Source of the DNA: Candidatus Nomurabacteria bacterium
GTDB lineage: Bacteria; Patescibacteriota; Minisyncoccia; Phycocordibacterales; UBA918
Reading direction: 5' to 3'
Assembly (NCBI GenBank): GCA_020632075.1
Contig: JACKGH010000001.1
Coordinates: forward strand, 195,216 to 259,215
Length of the DNA: 64,000 bases
Below the pieces are notes generated by a model that was given only the letters and a program-made list of their open reading frames with translations, was not told the DNA's origin and searched no databases. Position 1 is the stretch's first letter; the number at the start of each line of letters is the position of its first letter. The position numbers and the translations under genes are program-made. Shown here piece by piece: positions 46,752 through 55,629 of the stretch.

Positions 46752-46772
46752 TCGAGTCCTCTCTGGTCCACA
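46752..46772 (+). repeat. Exact 21-nt direct repeat of the tRNA-Ala(TGC) 3' end (TCGAGTCCTCTCTGGTCCACA). An inverted partial copy GAGGACTCGAA lies at ~46672-46682
   Basis: Sequence identity to 46604-46624, read directly. Confidence 0.8.
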
Positions 46773-46923
46773 GTTAAGTAAAGCTTTACACCTCGAAAAA
46801 GTTTTTATAAGATATCAGGAGCGTCGGTCTTTGAACGTCAGACGTGAAGAGGTGCCAGAATTTACGAATTCTGGCTGTCCGCGGGGCCACCATTTAATGT
46901 GGCCCCGTTTCAATTTTAAAATT

Positions 46924-47199
46924 ATGACAAAAGAACAGCTAGACGCAGCTAACCCCGAAGAGGTACTACTCGTAGACATTAGAGAAAGCGAGGAACTTCT
47001 CATGCAGCCGCCGTTATCTGGCGCAGTACATATTCCGATGGGTAATATTATCCGAGAAGCAGAAGATGGAAATCTGCCGAAAGATAAAACTATTGTGACC
47101 ATCTGTCGCAGCGGAGGACGTTGCCAAGTCACCAATGAAGCACTCAGCAAGCTTGGCTATAAGACAGACCTGCTTGAAGGTGGCATGATGAGTATATAA
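46924..47199 (+). CDS. Single-domain rhodanese-like sulfurtransferase (91 aa)
   Basis: EVLLVDIRESEE...TIVTICRSGGRCQ has the active-site Cys loop. The start is chosen at MTKEQLDAAN because the upstream part of the track ORF (from 46645) runs through the tRNA terminator and the repeat. Confidence 0.7.
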   Translation: MTKEQLDAANPEEVLLVDIRESEELLMQPPLSGAVHIPMGNIIREAEDGNLPKDKTIVTICRSGGRCQVTNEALSKLGYKTDLLEGGMMSI

Positions 47200-47220
47200 A
47201 AAGCCCGGCAAGCCGGGCAG
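47198..47220 (-). terminator. Minus-strand rho-independent terminator (GCCCGGC / GCCGGGC with a T-run on the minus strand)
   Basis: The plus strand shows AAAAAGCCCGGCAAGCCGGGC, so the U-tract is only on the minus-strand transcript. Confidence 0.55.
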
Positions 47221-47236
47221 AGATGGGTGACACAAC

Positions 47237-47452
47237 CTATTGATAATCGCGATCGTAATCACGAGGTCTGGCTGCATCCAGCGAATCAAACTCACGATGA
47301 TCATCGACCATCTTGGATGTCTTATCTTCAAAGAACAGGATCACCCCGCTACCAGGCTGCGCTCTCACTACCCGTACACGTTGTGTCTCACCATCAAAAT
47401 CGTCCTCCAGTCGTTTCATCAACCTCTCCCCAATGCAATATGATGCACGCAT
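47237..47452 (-). CDS. Possible small hypothetical protein (71 aa; internal Met of the track ORF 47237..47650)
   Basis: The longer ORF would run antisense through tRNA-Ala(GGC). The shortened version ends before the tRNA and has a downstream minus-strand terminator. Confidence 0.25.
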   Translation of the reverse strand: MRASYCIGERLMKRLEDDFDGETQRVRVVRAQPGSGVILFFEDKTSKMVDDHREFDSLDAARPRDYDRDYQ

Positions 47453-47526
47453 ACTGTACCACAGCTCAAAGCCAAAGAAACGCTTGGAATCACAGTTTTC
47501 ATCTGATAGAATCTCGTGGCAACAAC

Positions 47527-47599
47527 GGGCCATTAGCTCATCCGGTAGAGCGCATCCATGGCATGGATGAGGCGAGCGGTTCGAGTCCGCTATGGTCCA
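47527..47599 (+). tRNA. tRNA-Ala (anticodon GGC)
   Basis: Acceptor GGGCCAT/ATGGTCC with G3:U70, D-stem GCTC/GAGC, anticodon stem CATCC/GGATG, loop ATGGCAT, perfect T-arm AGCGG-TTCGAGT-CCGCT, discriminator A, then CC. Confidence 0.85.
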
Positions 47600-47606
47600 C
47601 CGATAG

Positions 47607-47638
47607 AAAAAGCCGGCTTGTGGCCGGCTTTTGTGTTT
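47607..47638 (+). terminator. Rho-independent terminator (AGCCGGC ttgtg GCCGGCT, then TTTGTGTTT)
   Basis: Directly follows tRNA-Ala(GGC). Confidence 0.75.
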
Positions 47639-47832
47639 GCTGAGGATCACCCAGACTATTTATTTTCTGCATGGAAATGCATCAGTATCCGATATGTAGC
47701 GATTGGGCAGGGCTTATGGTGGCCTGTGGTCCATTCAAAGCAGAGGCGGTGAGCATGCTCGTTTCTACATTGCAGTGTATTCCTCATGAGAATCACTTGC
47801 CGAAGACTGGTAAGGAACTGAGTAAATAAAAA

Positions 47833-47860
47833 TTCCGGCTTGTGGCCGGTTCTTGTTTTC
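47833..47860 (+). terminator. Second copy of the CCGGCTTGTGGCCGG hairpin with T-rich tail (TTCTTGTTTTC)
   Basis: Same stem-loop sequence as at 47611-47629. Lies 190 nt downstream in a gene-free interval. Confidence 0.5.
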
Positions 47861-48012
47861 ATCTACTTTTGACGTAAGTGCAACAAACCGGCCTAGGTGA
47901 TTCCTAGGACGAACAGCACGACAATGTTTTTGCGAACTGCTTGTTGCATATCCTGATTATATGAAAAGCCTGCCACCTGACAAGTGACAGACCTGTGCAT
48001 AAGTGTTCTAGA

Positions 48013-48708
48013 CTAGCCGATAAGCTCTTTGAGTTTGGTGTACGTATCGAGATGATCTTCAACTGACACTGTCTCGATCACTCCGATCACAGCTTCATCA
48101 TTCCCACCAGGATACAAGCCATCGCCATAGTAGACACAGTCATTTTTATCCCAGCCCTTTAGATCTATCAACTTCTGTACATTCGTCCCCTTATGCCGAT
48201 CTTTGTGAATGTAGTCAAAACTGGTTGAACCGCCGATCTTTACCACAAGATCGTTTGATTCAAATGGTACTTTTTCAATGAGTGCATCGCGCTTCTTTCG
48301 GTCAGGATCATATGTCATCTTGACCTCAACTGGCGCTGTGTTACCAATCGGACTGAAGGTGATCTGGGCCCCACGATCCTCGATCGGATCCCATTCGAGA
48401 TTAAGATCGTGGTCGAGAATATTCACAATAGCATCAATATGCGCCATGATCTCAGCTCGATGTGATTCATCAAGTGGTACATTCCACAATTCCGCACCGT
48501 CTACATCAACTGCATGATTTCCGTTCTGACCAAGCACTACCGCATGCAGGTTATTACTTTGCCACTTGATCTTTTCTACATCTTGACCAGAGACAATCAC
48601 AATATCCTGTGGAAGGGAAGAAAGAAGCTCGAACATCTCAGGCAAGATCGGTTGACGAGCCGGTGCAATGGTCTTATCCATATCAAAGAAAAGGTGTTTG
48701 TATTTCAT
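48013..48708 (-). CDS. HAD-superfamily hydrolase, subfamily IIB-like (sugar-phosphate phosphatase / phosphomannomutase-like)
   Basis: Motif I FFDMDKTI, motif III K...GGSTSFDY, motif IV YYGDGLYPGGND. The start is chosen at MKYKHLFFDMDKT; the track ORF extends to 48750. Confidence 0.7.
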   Translation of the reverse strand: MKYKHLFFDMDKTIAPARQPILPEMFELLSSLPQDIVIVSGQDVEKIKWQSNNLHAVVLGQNGNHAVDVDGAELWNVPLDESHRAEIMAHIDAIVNILDHDLNLEWDPIEDRGAQITFSPIGNTAPVEVKMTYDPDRKKRDALIEKVPFESNDLVVKIGGSTSFDYIHKDRHKGTNVQKLIDLKGWDKNDCVYYGDGLYPGGNDEAVIGVIETVSVEDHLDTYTKLKELIG

Positions 48709-48793
48709 GATGTGAACAGCATAAAGCTTTTTTGAAGACTGTAAATTCACACACGGGCATAACTGTGACCAAGTGCTCTGCTAGAATAGGCTT

Positions 48794-49333
48794 ATGACCT
48801 TTTTCCTGGTATTCGTCTCGATCCTGCAGTCGATCGGAATCTCGCTCGGAGTTGGCGCATCGACCTTAGCGATCGCCAACTTCTTTGCAGCGATCGCTGA
48901 TGGCGAGATCGACGACACAGAACGCCGCATGATGGGTATCGTGTACATTGTGCTTCGCGTTGCCATGGTGACTATTCTCGTGACCACGATCTTTTTACTT
49001 GCGAGTGAATACAGCGTGACCGGCCTACTCAACATGAGCGCATTCTCATACGCAGCACTACTCACCATCTTTGTACTGTTCACCAACGCCATGCTCATGA
49101 CCGCACACCTCATACCAAGCACTTTCGGTCCGGCTATTCAGGCAGGCAACTGGTACACCCTAGGTATACTCTCTGCACTTCAGTCAATCGGTTTGACGGA
49201 CTTCACGTTAACCCACTTCTTAATGGGATACGTCACCTGGCTGATTCTGGCGATCGGCATCGTCAATGGCATGATGGCACTCATGAAAGGCATTTGGGCA
49301 AAGCGAAAAAGCGAAGCGGAGGCGCCGCACTAA
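48794..49333 (+). CDS. Hypothetical integral membrane protein (5-6 TM)
   Basis: Hydrophobicity pattern. No family recognised. Confidence 0.55.
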   Translation: MTFFLVFVSILQSIGISLGVGASTLAIANFFAAIADGEIDDTERRMMGIVYIVLRVAMVTILVTTIFLLASEYSVTGLLNMSAFSYAALLTIFVLFTNAMLMTAHLIPSTFGPAIQAGNWYTLGILSALQSIGLTDFTLTHFLMGYVTWLILAIGIVNGMMALMKGIWAKRKSEAEAPH

Positions 49334-49369
49334 AAAACACCTCGGATGAGGTGTTTTTTAGTGCGGCGC
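49322..49369. terminator. Long perfect palindrome / bidirectional terminator (GCGCCGCACTAAAAAACACCTC ggat GAGGTGTTTTTTAGTGCGGCGC) between convergent genes
   Basis: 22-bp arms read directly. A-run and T-run flank the inner ACACCTC/GAGGTGT stem. Confidence 0.8.
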
Positions 49370-49371
49370 TG

Positions 49372-52300
49372 TTAACCTCGAACCTCACCCGGTCGATTGA
49401 GATACGTGATCGGAATCAGCACGAGAGTAATGATCACTGAGAACACAAGTCCGAACATTACAGCGTAGGCAAGCGGTGACCAAATGTCGCCAGCGTATGT
49501 AAGCGGAACCATACCAATGACCGTCGTAACAGTCGTGAGTAAGATCGGGCGCAAACGACTGGTCGCAGCATCAAGCACCACCTCTTCCAAGTCCTTGCTT
49601 GGATCTTCTCGGCGAATATTGTTCATCATGTCGATCAGCAAGATCGAGTTGTTTACCACGATACCAGAGAGCGCAATGAAGCCCATGAGAGAAGGGAAGG
49701 AGAGAGTATTGCCGGTGATCGCAAGACCAAACATGATCCCAATGAGCGAGTACGGCAAGATCGAAAGCACGTAACGCATATGGAGGTACGAGTTGAACTG
49801 GAGCACCAAGACTCCAACCATAAGCATTACACCCACAATAAGCGCCAGGAACATTTCCATGAATGCCTTGTTTGATTCTTCTGTCTCGCCACCGCCGCTA
49901 CTAAGAGTTACCGCATCTGGAATATCAAGCTGTGACCTGATCTCTTCAAGCGCGGTCGCTTGCGCTTCGCGTGCGTTACCACCTTCAGCAATGTCGGCAG
50001 TGACACTCACCACTCGCTTACCATCTTCATGAGAAATGACTGAGCTTGATTCACGAAGTGAAACCGACACCAAGCTCGAAAGCGGAATTGGTCCACTTTG
50101 ACTTGGGATCGTGATGTCTCGAAGCGCATCGATCGTGGTTACGTTCACTGAGTCTGTTCGAGCACTTGGATCATTGTTTACATTGAGCTTCACGACCACA
50201 TTAATATCTTCATCAAGTGTCGTGAGTGATGTCGCTTCAGTACCATAGAGTGCAGTTCGCGCTACCTGTGAGACCAAGAATGGACTCACGCCAGACGCAG
50301 CCGCCTTATCACGATCGAGCTCAAGCACAAACTCAGTACTGTTGTTATTGGTGCTTGTCTCAACATTCACCACACCAGGCTGTGTACGCATGATCTCAGC
50401 TGATTCATTCGCAAGCTGCATGATCTCACTGAGGTCATCACCGAGGAATTTCACCACAATCGCCGCACCAGTTGGCGGACCATCACTTGGCTGACTCACA
50501 TTCACCTTAATATCGTTCAAGACAGCCATCTTTTCGCGAAGATCCGAAACGATCTCGCTACTGGTTCGCTCACGATCGAGATCAAGATTAGCAAAGATGT
50601 TAGCAAACTTTTCACCCGTACCTCCATTTCCGAACTGACTTCCACTTCCGACGGTCACCGTGAACGAATCGATCTCATCCTCAGCATAGAGGATCTCCTC
50701 AACTCGACGAATTGAGATATCGGTCACCTCCTTGGTCGTTCCTTCTGGCTCTTCTACTTCCACAATAATGTAGTCAACGTCACTTTGATCAAAGAAGATC
50801 ACTCGCACCAGACTCGCCTGCGGCAAGATAGCGTTTGACACCACCACAGCAAGAACGATCGAGAGCGCTACCTGCGGCAGCCACATAAGCTTTCGCTTCC
50901 AGTTACTGATCGGGCGTGCAAGTTGCTTGTCCTTCGAACGTTTAGTAACCACATACACAAGCGGTCCAGCGATGAAGCCAGCAAACACATTGATCGGCAA
51001 AAAGATCGAGAAGACCAACAAGGCAAAGATAAGTGAGAGAAAATGATTCTGACGCGCCTTGCTATCAAGATAGTACTTGAGCTTCTCGTGATACCACGCT
51101 TCAAGCTTCTTGGCGTACGCAAGCTGCTTCACCTCAAATTCACTCGTGCTTCGTCGATGCAAAAAGGTTGAAGCAAGCAGTGGCACGATCGCAAGAGCGA
51201 CAAAGAGTGACGCGAACAGCAAGAAGACAAGCGTAAACGGAATACTTGCAATGAATTGCCCGGTCACACCAGACACAATGAAGAGCCCTACGAACATCGA
51301 TACGGTCGTTAGAGTTCCTGAGATAAGCGGCGCACGGAAGTCACGGATAGCACTGATCGCTGCCTCATTCTTATCGATAGTTGGATTATCCTTCATGCGG
51401 CGGTTGATACCTTCTACCATCACGATAGCGGAGTCCACCAAGATACCGATACCAAGAATGAGCGAGAAGAGACTCAAGAAGTTGATCGTATTGCCTGAGA
51501 AGTAGAGACCAATGAATCCAAAGAGGAATGACAGCGGAATGGCTGTCCCAGCCAAAAGTCCTTCCCGCCAACCGATCGCCGCCATGAGAAGCAGAACCAC
51601 CAGGATCACTGTCTGCAAGCCAGACATTGTGAGACGGAGCAAGTCTTTATTGATCATGTCACCTGAGTCGAGCACGACTACAGTTGTGACATCGGCTAAG
51701 AGTTCACCTGGCGCTTTGAGTTCCTCCATACGCTCATTTACGGCCTTCGTAATAGTAGTGATGTCACCACCAACTTGCTTGTACACATTGAAAGTGATCG
51801 AACTTTCAGAAGGTGCTCCAGCTACACTAAGACGAGACAAGGAAGACGCTGGAGCCAAACCATCTTCTACCACCGCAATGTCGCGCACATACACCGGCTG
51901 ACCACCACGACTCGTCACCGGCACATTCTGAATATCACTCGTATCGACAATATCGCCTTCAAACGCAACGTTGTATGACACGCCATTGTTTACGATCTGA
52001 CCGATCGGGAAGGTAAGATTCGCTGAGCGAAGCGCATTGGTAACATCAGTCAAACCGAGGTCATAGCGCACCAATGCTTCTTGATTTACGATCACGGTCA
52101 CTTCGCGCTTTCGGACACCACTCACATCCACTTTCTGCACACCCGTCACTGCTTCGATCTCACGCTCAACATCATCTGCGAGCGAGGTCAGTTCAAAATC
52201 AGGCAAGTCAGCCGAGACTGATAGTGTCAAGATCGGCTGATCCACAAAGTTCACTTCAGATACATATGGATCTTCGGCATCGTCTGGAAGATCTGGCTTG

Positions 52301-52638
52301 ATCGTGTCCACTTCATCTTTCAGGTCGAGAATCGACGCATCAAGATCAGCGTCCTCATCAAACTCCACTACGATCGTCGAGACTGATTCTCGCGACGTCG
52401 AGGTGATCTTCTTCACATTTTCAAGACCACGCAGTCCACGCTCGATCTCGTTGGTCACGAGCGATTCAACGTCAGCCGCTGGAGCACCCGGCAGTACCGT
52501 ACTTACGATACCAACCGGAATCACCACCTCAGGTGCGGATTCGCGTGAAATGGTCGTAATGCTGAACACACCAACACCAATGAGCGCCACCAAAAATAGG
52601 TACGCAAATCGGTTGTTTTTAATAAAGAATTCCCACAT
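49372..52638 (-). CDS. RND-family efflux transporter permease (AcrB/HAE-type, 12 TM, two large periplasmic loops)
   Basis: N-terminal MWEFFIKNNRFAYLFLVALIGVGVFSITTISRESAPEV, 1088 aa, canonical RND topology. Confidence 0.9.
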   Translation of the reverse strand: MWEFFIKNNRFAYLFLVALIGVGVFSITTISRESAPEVVIPVGIVSTVLPGAPAADVESLVTNEIERGLRGLENVKKITSTSRESVSTIVVEFDEDADLDASILDLKDEVDTIKPDLPDDAEDPYVSEVNFVDQPILTLSVSADLPDFELTSLADDVEREIEAVTGVQKVDVSGVRKREVTVIVNQEALVRYDLGLTDVTNALRSANLTFPIGQIVNNGVSYNVAFEGDIVDTSDIQNVPVTSRGGQPVYVRDIAVVEDGLAPASSLSRLSVAGAPSESSITFNVYKQVGGDITTITKAVNERMEELKAPGELLADVTTVVVLDSGDMINKDLLRLTMSGLQTVILVVLLLMAAIGWREGLLAGTAIPLSFLFGFIGLYFSGNTINFLSLFSLILGIGILVDSAIVMVEGINRRMKDNPTIDKNEAAISAIRDFRAPLISGTLTTVSMFVGLFIVSGVTGQFIASIPFTLVFLLFASLFVALAIVPLLASTFLHRRSTSEFEVKQLAYAKKLEAWYHEKLKYYLDSKARQNHFLSLIFALLVFSIFLPINVFAGFIAGPLVYVVTKRSKDKQLARPISNWKRKLMWLPQVALSIVLAVVVSNAILPQASLVRVIFFDQSDVDYIIVEVEEPEGTTKEVTDISIRRVEEILYAEDEIDSFTVTVGSGSQFGNGGTGEKFANIFANLDLDRERTSSEIVSDLREKMAVLNDIKVNVSQPSDGPPTGAAIVVKFLGDDLSEIMQLANESAEIMRTQPGVVNVETSTNNNSTEFVLELDRDKAAASGVSPFLVSQVARTALYGTEATSLTTLDEDINVVVKLNVNNDPSARTDSVNVTTIDALRDITIPSQSGPIPLSSLVSVSLRESSSVISHEDGKRVVSVTADIAEGGNAREAQATALEEIRSQLDIPDAVTLSSGGGETEESNKAFMEMFLALIVGVMLMVGVLVLQFNSYLHMRYVLSILPYSLIGIMFGLAITGNTLSFPSLMGFIALSGIVVNNSILLIDMMNNIRREDPSKDLEEVVLDAATSRLRPILLTTVTTVIGMVPLTYAGDIWSPLAYAVMFGLVFSVIITLVLIPITYLNRPGEVRG

Positions 52639-52641
52639 AGG

Positions 52642-54183
52642 CTATTCGGTTACCGAAACAGATTCACCAGCAATCAGTCCACGAGCATCAATCACAAACG
52701 AGTCAGTAGCACTGAGGCCTTCAACGATCTCAACCGAGCCGCCGAGAATATCTCCGAGCACGACTGCGTGCTGTTCTAGCTTTCCATCAGTCACACTGAA
52801 GACAAAGCCGTTCTCTCGCTCAAACTTCACTGCAGTAAGTGGCACTCGAACAGTGGTTTGTTTTGATTCGCCATTGAATTCCTTTGTCACCCGAACCGTG
52901 TCACCGTTTGAAATATCAGCACCTTCTGTCGCAATGCGCACTTCTGTCTTCCGCGTAGCACTATTTACTGCTGGCGCGATCTCAGAAATACGGCCTTCGT
53001 AGAGACCTTCCACTGTCACTACATCGCCAACTTGCAAAAGGTCACGTTCGATATCGCTCACATAGGTAACGATCTCAAGCGCACCGTTATTAGCAACCAC
53101 CGCCACCTCATCAAACCCGCCGATGAAATCACCCGGGCGGACCGAGAGGGAATTGACGGTTCCGCTGACTGGTGTACGAAGAATGGTCTTCGCTAGATTT
53201 GCTTGCGCTGCCCGAAGCGCACCAAGCGCTTGCTTGACCTGTGCATCAGCAGCTGAGGTCTCGCCCCCACTTGCAGCCAGTTCGGCGCGTCGTACTGCAT
53301 CAGCAGCACTCGCAAGACCAGCTTCTACGCCATCAATACTCGACTGTACAGCGATCAGATTTGAGCGCAGATTAGTAAAACTAGCAGTGAAAGACTGTAA
53401 TTCGCTGTCAGAGTACCGCGAGCTGTTGTCCTGAGTAGCGAAGACAGTTAGAAACGTATCGATCAAATTAATTGTTCGTTGTACAGATTCTTTAGCATAC
53501 GCAAGTTCTGTATTGAGATCAGAATCAGTTGAAATGGTATTGGCTTTCGTTTGCCAAGTCGCAAGCAAGGTCTGGTATGCGACACGCTCATTGTTGAGCT
53601 GACTGGTGAAACCTCGACCATCAATACGAAGGCCGGGCACACGAGCATCTGGGTCAGCGAAGAAAGTATCGATAGAATTTCGGACGATGCCATTGGTGGT
53701 GTTGTATGCCGACTTGAACGTTGAGACAGCGTTGCTTTTTGCATTCTTGAGTGCTGTCGCTGCTTCGTCGACACCAACATTTGTCTGAGCTGCTGCAGCA
53801 ACTGCTGCATCGTATACACCTTCTGCCTGTAACACAGAAGCGCGCTCAGACGCATTCTCAAGTGTCACCAAAATCGTTCCAGCTGCTACCTGCTGTCCAA
53901 GTGCAACTGGTACACTCGTAACCCGACCTGCACGTTCTGCAGTTACCTTCGCTTCAGTAAACGCACGAACAGTACCAATGACCGATAAAGTCTGACCACC
54001 AGCATACTCTGTAGCAGTAGTGAGACTTACCACTGGTAACTGAGGTTCTTGATCACTGGCTACTTCTGCGTTTCGGCTTTGCAAAACAAGACCAAAAACA
54101 ACAATAACCAGCACTACTAAAGCGCCCCGAACTGATTTGCGACCAAGCCACGGCCGAAGCTTCTGTGTGATATTCATAAACAT
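52642..54183 (-). CDS. Efflux RND periplasmic adaptor (membrane fusion protein, HlyD-like) with extended coiled-coil hairpin
   Basis: N-terminal TM, lipoyl-like half-domain (SVIGTVRAFTEAKVTAERAGRVTSVPVALGQQVAAGTILVTLE), long alpha-helical hairpin, beta-barrel C-terminus. Sits immediately upstream of and co-oriented with the RND gene. Confidence 0.8.
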   Translation of the reverse strand: MFMNITQKLRPWLGRKSVRGALVVLVIVVFGLVLQSRNAEVASDQEPQLPVVSLTTATEYAGGQTLSVIGTVRAFTEAKVTAERAGRVTSVPVALGQQVAAGTILVTLENASERASVLQAEGVYDAAVAAAAQTNVGVDEAATALKNAKSNAVSTFKSAYNTTNGIVRNSIDTFFADPDARVPGLRIDGRGFTSQLNNERVAYQTLLATWQTKANTISTDSDLNTELAYAKESVQRTINLIDTFLTVFATQDNSSRYSDSELQSFTASFTNLRSNLIAVQSSIDGVEAGLASAADAVRRAELAASGGETSAADAQVKQALGALRAAQANLAKTILRTPVSGTVNSLSVRPGDFIGGFDEVAVVANNGALEIVTYVSDIERDLLQVGDVVTVEGLYEGRISEIAPAVNSATRKTEVRIATEGADISNGDTVRVTKEFNGESKQTTVRVPLTAVKFERENGFVFSVTDGKLEQHAVVLGDILGGSVEIVEGLSATDSFVIDARGLIAGESVSVTE

Positions 54184-54253
54184 TTACAAATGATTCTGTA
54201 TTAATGTGCGAAAAGTACCATTAAATTGGTACCTTGTCTATACTTCTGACGCC

Positions 54254-54284
54254 TGTCTACCTAGTACGTGTTTTGTGGTACAAT
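54254..54284 (+). promoter_or_regulatory. Putative promoter with extended -10 (TGgTACAAT) about 10 nt upstream of ATG 54294, implying a near-leaderless transcript
   Basis: TGGTACAAT read from the sequence. The -35 is weak (TGTCTA, 19-nt spacing). Confidence 0.3.
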
Positions 54285-54293
54285 CTTGCCCAT

Positions 54294-54608
54294 ATGTTTG
54301 GAAAATTTAAACAGTATGCGATGAAGAAGGTGCTTCAGTCGCAAATGAAAAATGTGCCGGCAGACCAGCAGCAGATGATCATGGAAATGCTGGAGAAGGA
54401 CCCGGCACTCTTTGAAAAGATCGCCAAGGAACTGCAGGCGGAAATGAAGGTAAATGGCAACAACCAGATGGCGGCAGCAGCTAAGGTGCTACCAAAGTAC
54501 CAAGCTGAGATCATGGCGGTCATGAGCCCTGAAATGAAGCAAAAGCTTATGCAAATGCAGATGGGCACCCAGGGACAATTCAACCCGAACGGGAGCATTC
54601 GACAGTAG
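54294..54608 (+). CDS. Small Met/Gln-rich hypothetical protein (104 aa from MFGKFKQY)
   Basis: The ORF is followed by a strong terminator. Composition is M/Q/K-rich and helical. No family recognised. Confidence 0.5.
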   Translation: MFGKFKQYAMKKVLQSQMKNVPADQQQMIMEMLEKDPALFEKIAKELQAEMKVNGNNQMAAAAKVLPKYQAEIMAVMSPEMKQKLMQMQMGTQGQFNPNGSIRQ

Positions 54609-54616
54609 AAAGAAAC

Positions 54617-54648
54617 AAAAGCCGGGCGCTTCGCGCCCGGCTTTTGTG
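54617..54648 (+). terminator. Rho-independent terminator (GCCGGGCGC ttc GCGCCCGGC, then TTTTG)
   Basis: AAAAGCCGGGCGCTTCGCGCCCGGCTTTTGTG. Confidence 0.8.
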
Positions 54649-54661
54649 CTACCATAATCAA

Positions 54662-54907
54662 ATGAACTGGAAAAACATACTTTTAGGTGTCATTTGGAGT
54701 GTCTTGCTCATTGCCATTCTCTTTTTTGGATACATCGTTAGTACAATTCAAGGAAATGCCGAAGCAATGAATGTTTTCTCTCATTTTGGTGTGTTTGTAC
54801 CACTGATTATTGGACTAATCATCCTCGGCATCATTATAGCAATCATCATAACCGTCTCTGTGAGCACCAGCAAGAAAGTAGATTCGCTCACTGACACAGA
54901 GTTGTAA
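54662..54907 (+). CDS. Small two-TM membrane protein (~81 aa from MNWKNILLG)
   Basis: Two hydrophobic helices. Short ORF, weak evidence. Confidence 0.35.
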   Translation: MNWKNILLGVIWSVLLIAILFFGYIVSTIQGNAEAMNVFSHFGVFVPLIIGLIILGIIIAIIITVSVSTSKKVDSLTDTEL

Positions 54908-54954
54908 ACAGGGCGCTCGCTCCGCTCGCGCCCATAGCGTTACAATACTTACAT

Positions 54955-55536
54955 ATGCAACCAAAGAACATTGTGATCATTTGCGGTAATCCAGACGCAG
55001 ACAGTTTCACTGGTGCCATTCTCGATCAGTACCAAACTGCCGCCACTGAAGCTGGCCATGCAGTCCATCGCATCAATCTAGGCGAGCTTCACTTCGATCC
55101 GATCCTGCACCGTGGCTACAAGGAGATACAGGCTTTGGAGCCCGATCTTGAAATGGTCCAGAATGCCATCCGCGAAGCAGACCATGTGGTAATCGGCTAC
55201 CCGAACTGGTGGTGCACCATGCCAGCCTTGCTCAAGGGCCTTTTTGACCGCATCTGGCTCCCAGGCTTTGCGTTCAATTTCAATAAAGAGACCAAGAAGC
55301 TTGATAAGCATTTAGCAGGGAAGACAGGTCGTGTGTTCATCATTTCTGGTACCCACAGTCCATTTAAGACCTGGTGGCAGTTTGGTGACTACACCAACGA
55401 GATCCAGTACGGCATCCTCGAATTTGCCGGTATAAAGACCGATGTTTCTGCCTATGGACCAGCCGAAAAAGTAACCGATACAGTGCGAGAAAAGTGGATG
55501 AAAGAGGTTGCTACACTCGGTCAAAAAGGGAAGTAG
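54955..55536 (+). CDS. Flavodoxin-like fold NAD(P)H-dependent oxidoreductase (NAD(P)H dehydrogenase (quinone)/KefF family)
   Basis: NIVIICGNPDADSFTGAI...ADHVVIGYPNWWCTMPALLKGLFDRIWLPGFAF matches the Flavodoxin_2 family. Confidence 0.75.
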   Translation: MQPKNIVIICGNPDADSFTGAILDQYQTAATEAGHAVHRINLGELHFDPILHRGYKEIQALEPDLEMVQNAIREADHVVIGYPNWWCTMPALLKGLFDRIWLPGFAFNFNKETKKLDKHLAGKTGRVFIISGTHSPFKTWWQFGDYTNEIQYGILEFAGIKTDVSAYGPAEKVTDTVREKWMKEVATLGQKGK

Positions 55537-55629
55537 GAACATTGACTTTTACCTTATTTTGTGCAATAATATAAAAAGGCGGATATATTAAGTATCCACA
55601 GCAAACTGACAATCAAAGGAGGGTTCATC

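Noticed and set aside
46645-46923. N-terminal 93 codons of the 184-aa track ORF preceding the rhodanese domain.
   Set aside because: This stretch begins with a TTG inside the tRNA terminator hairpin and reads across the duplicated tRNA fragment. The rhodanese domain has its own ATG (MTKEQLDAAN). It is treated as non-coding.
47237-47650. 137-aa minus-strand ORF from the track.
   Set aside because: Its N-terminal two-thirds run antisense straight through tRNA-Ala(GGC) and its terminator. Only a C-terminal 71-codon remnant (47237-47452) is even possible, and that is kept at low confidence.
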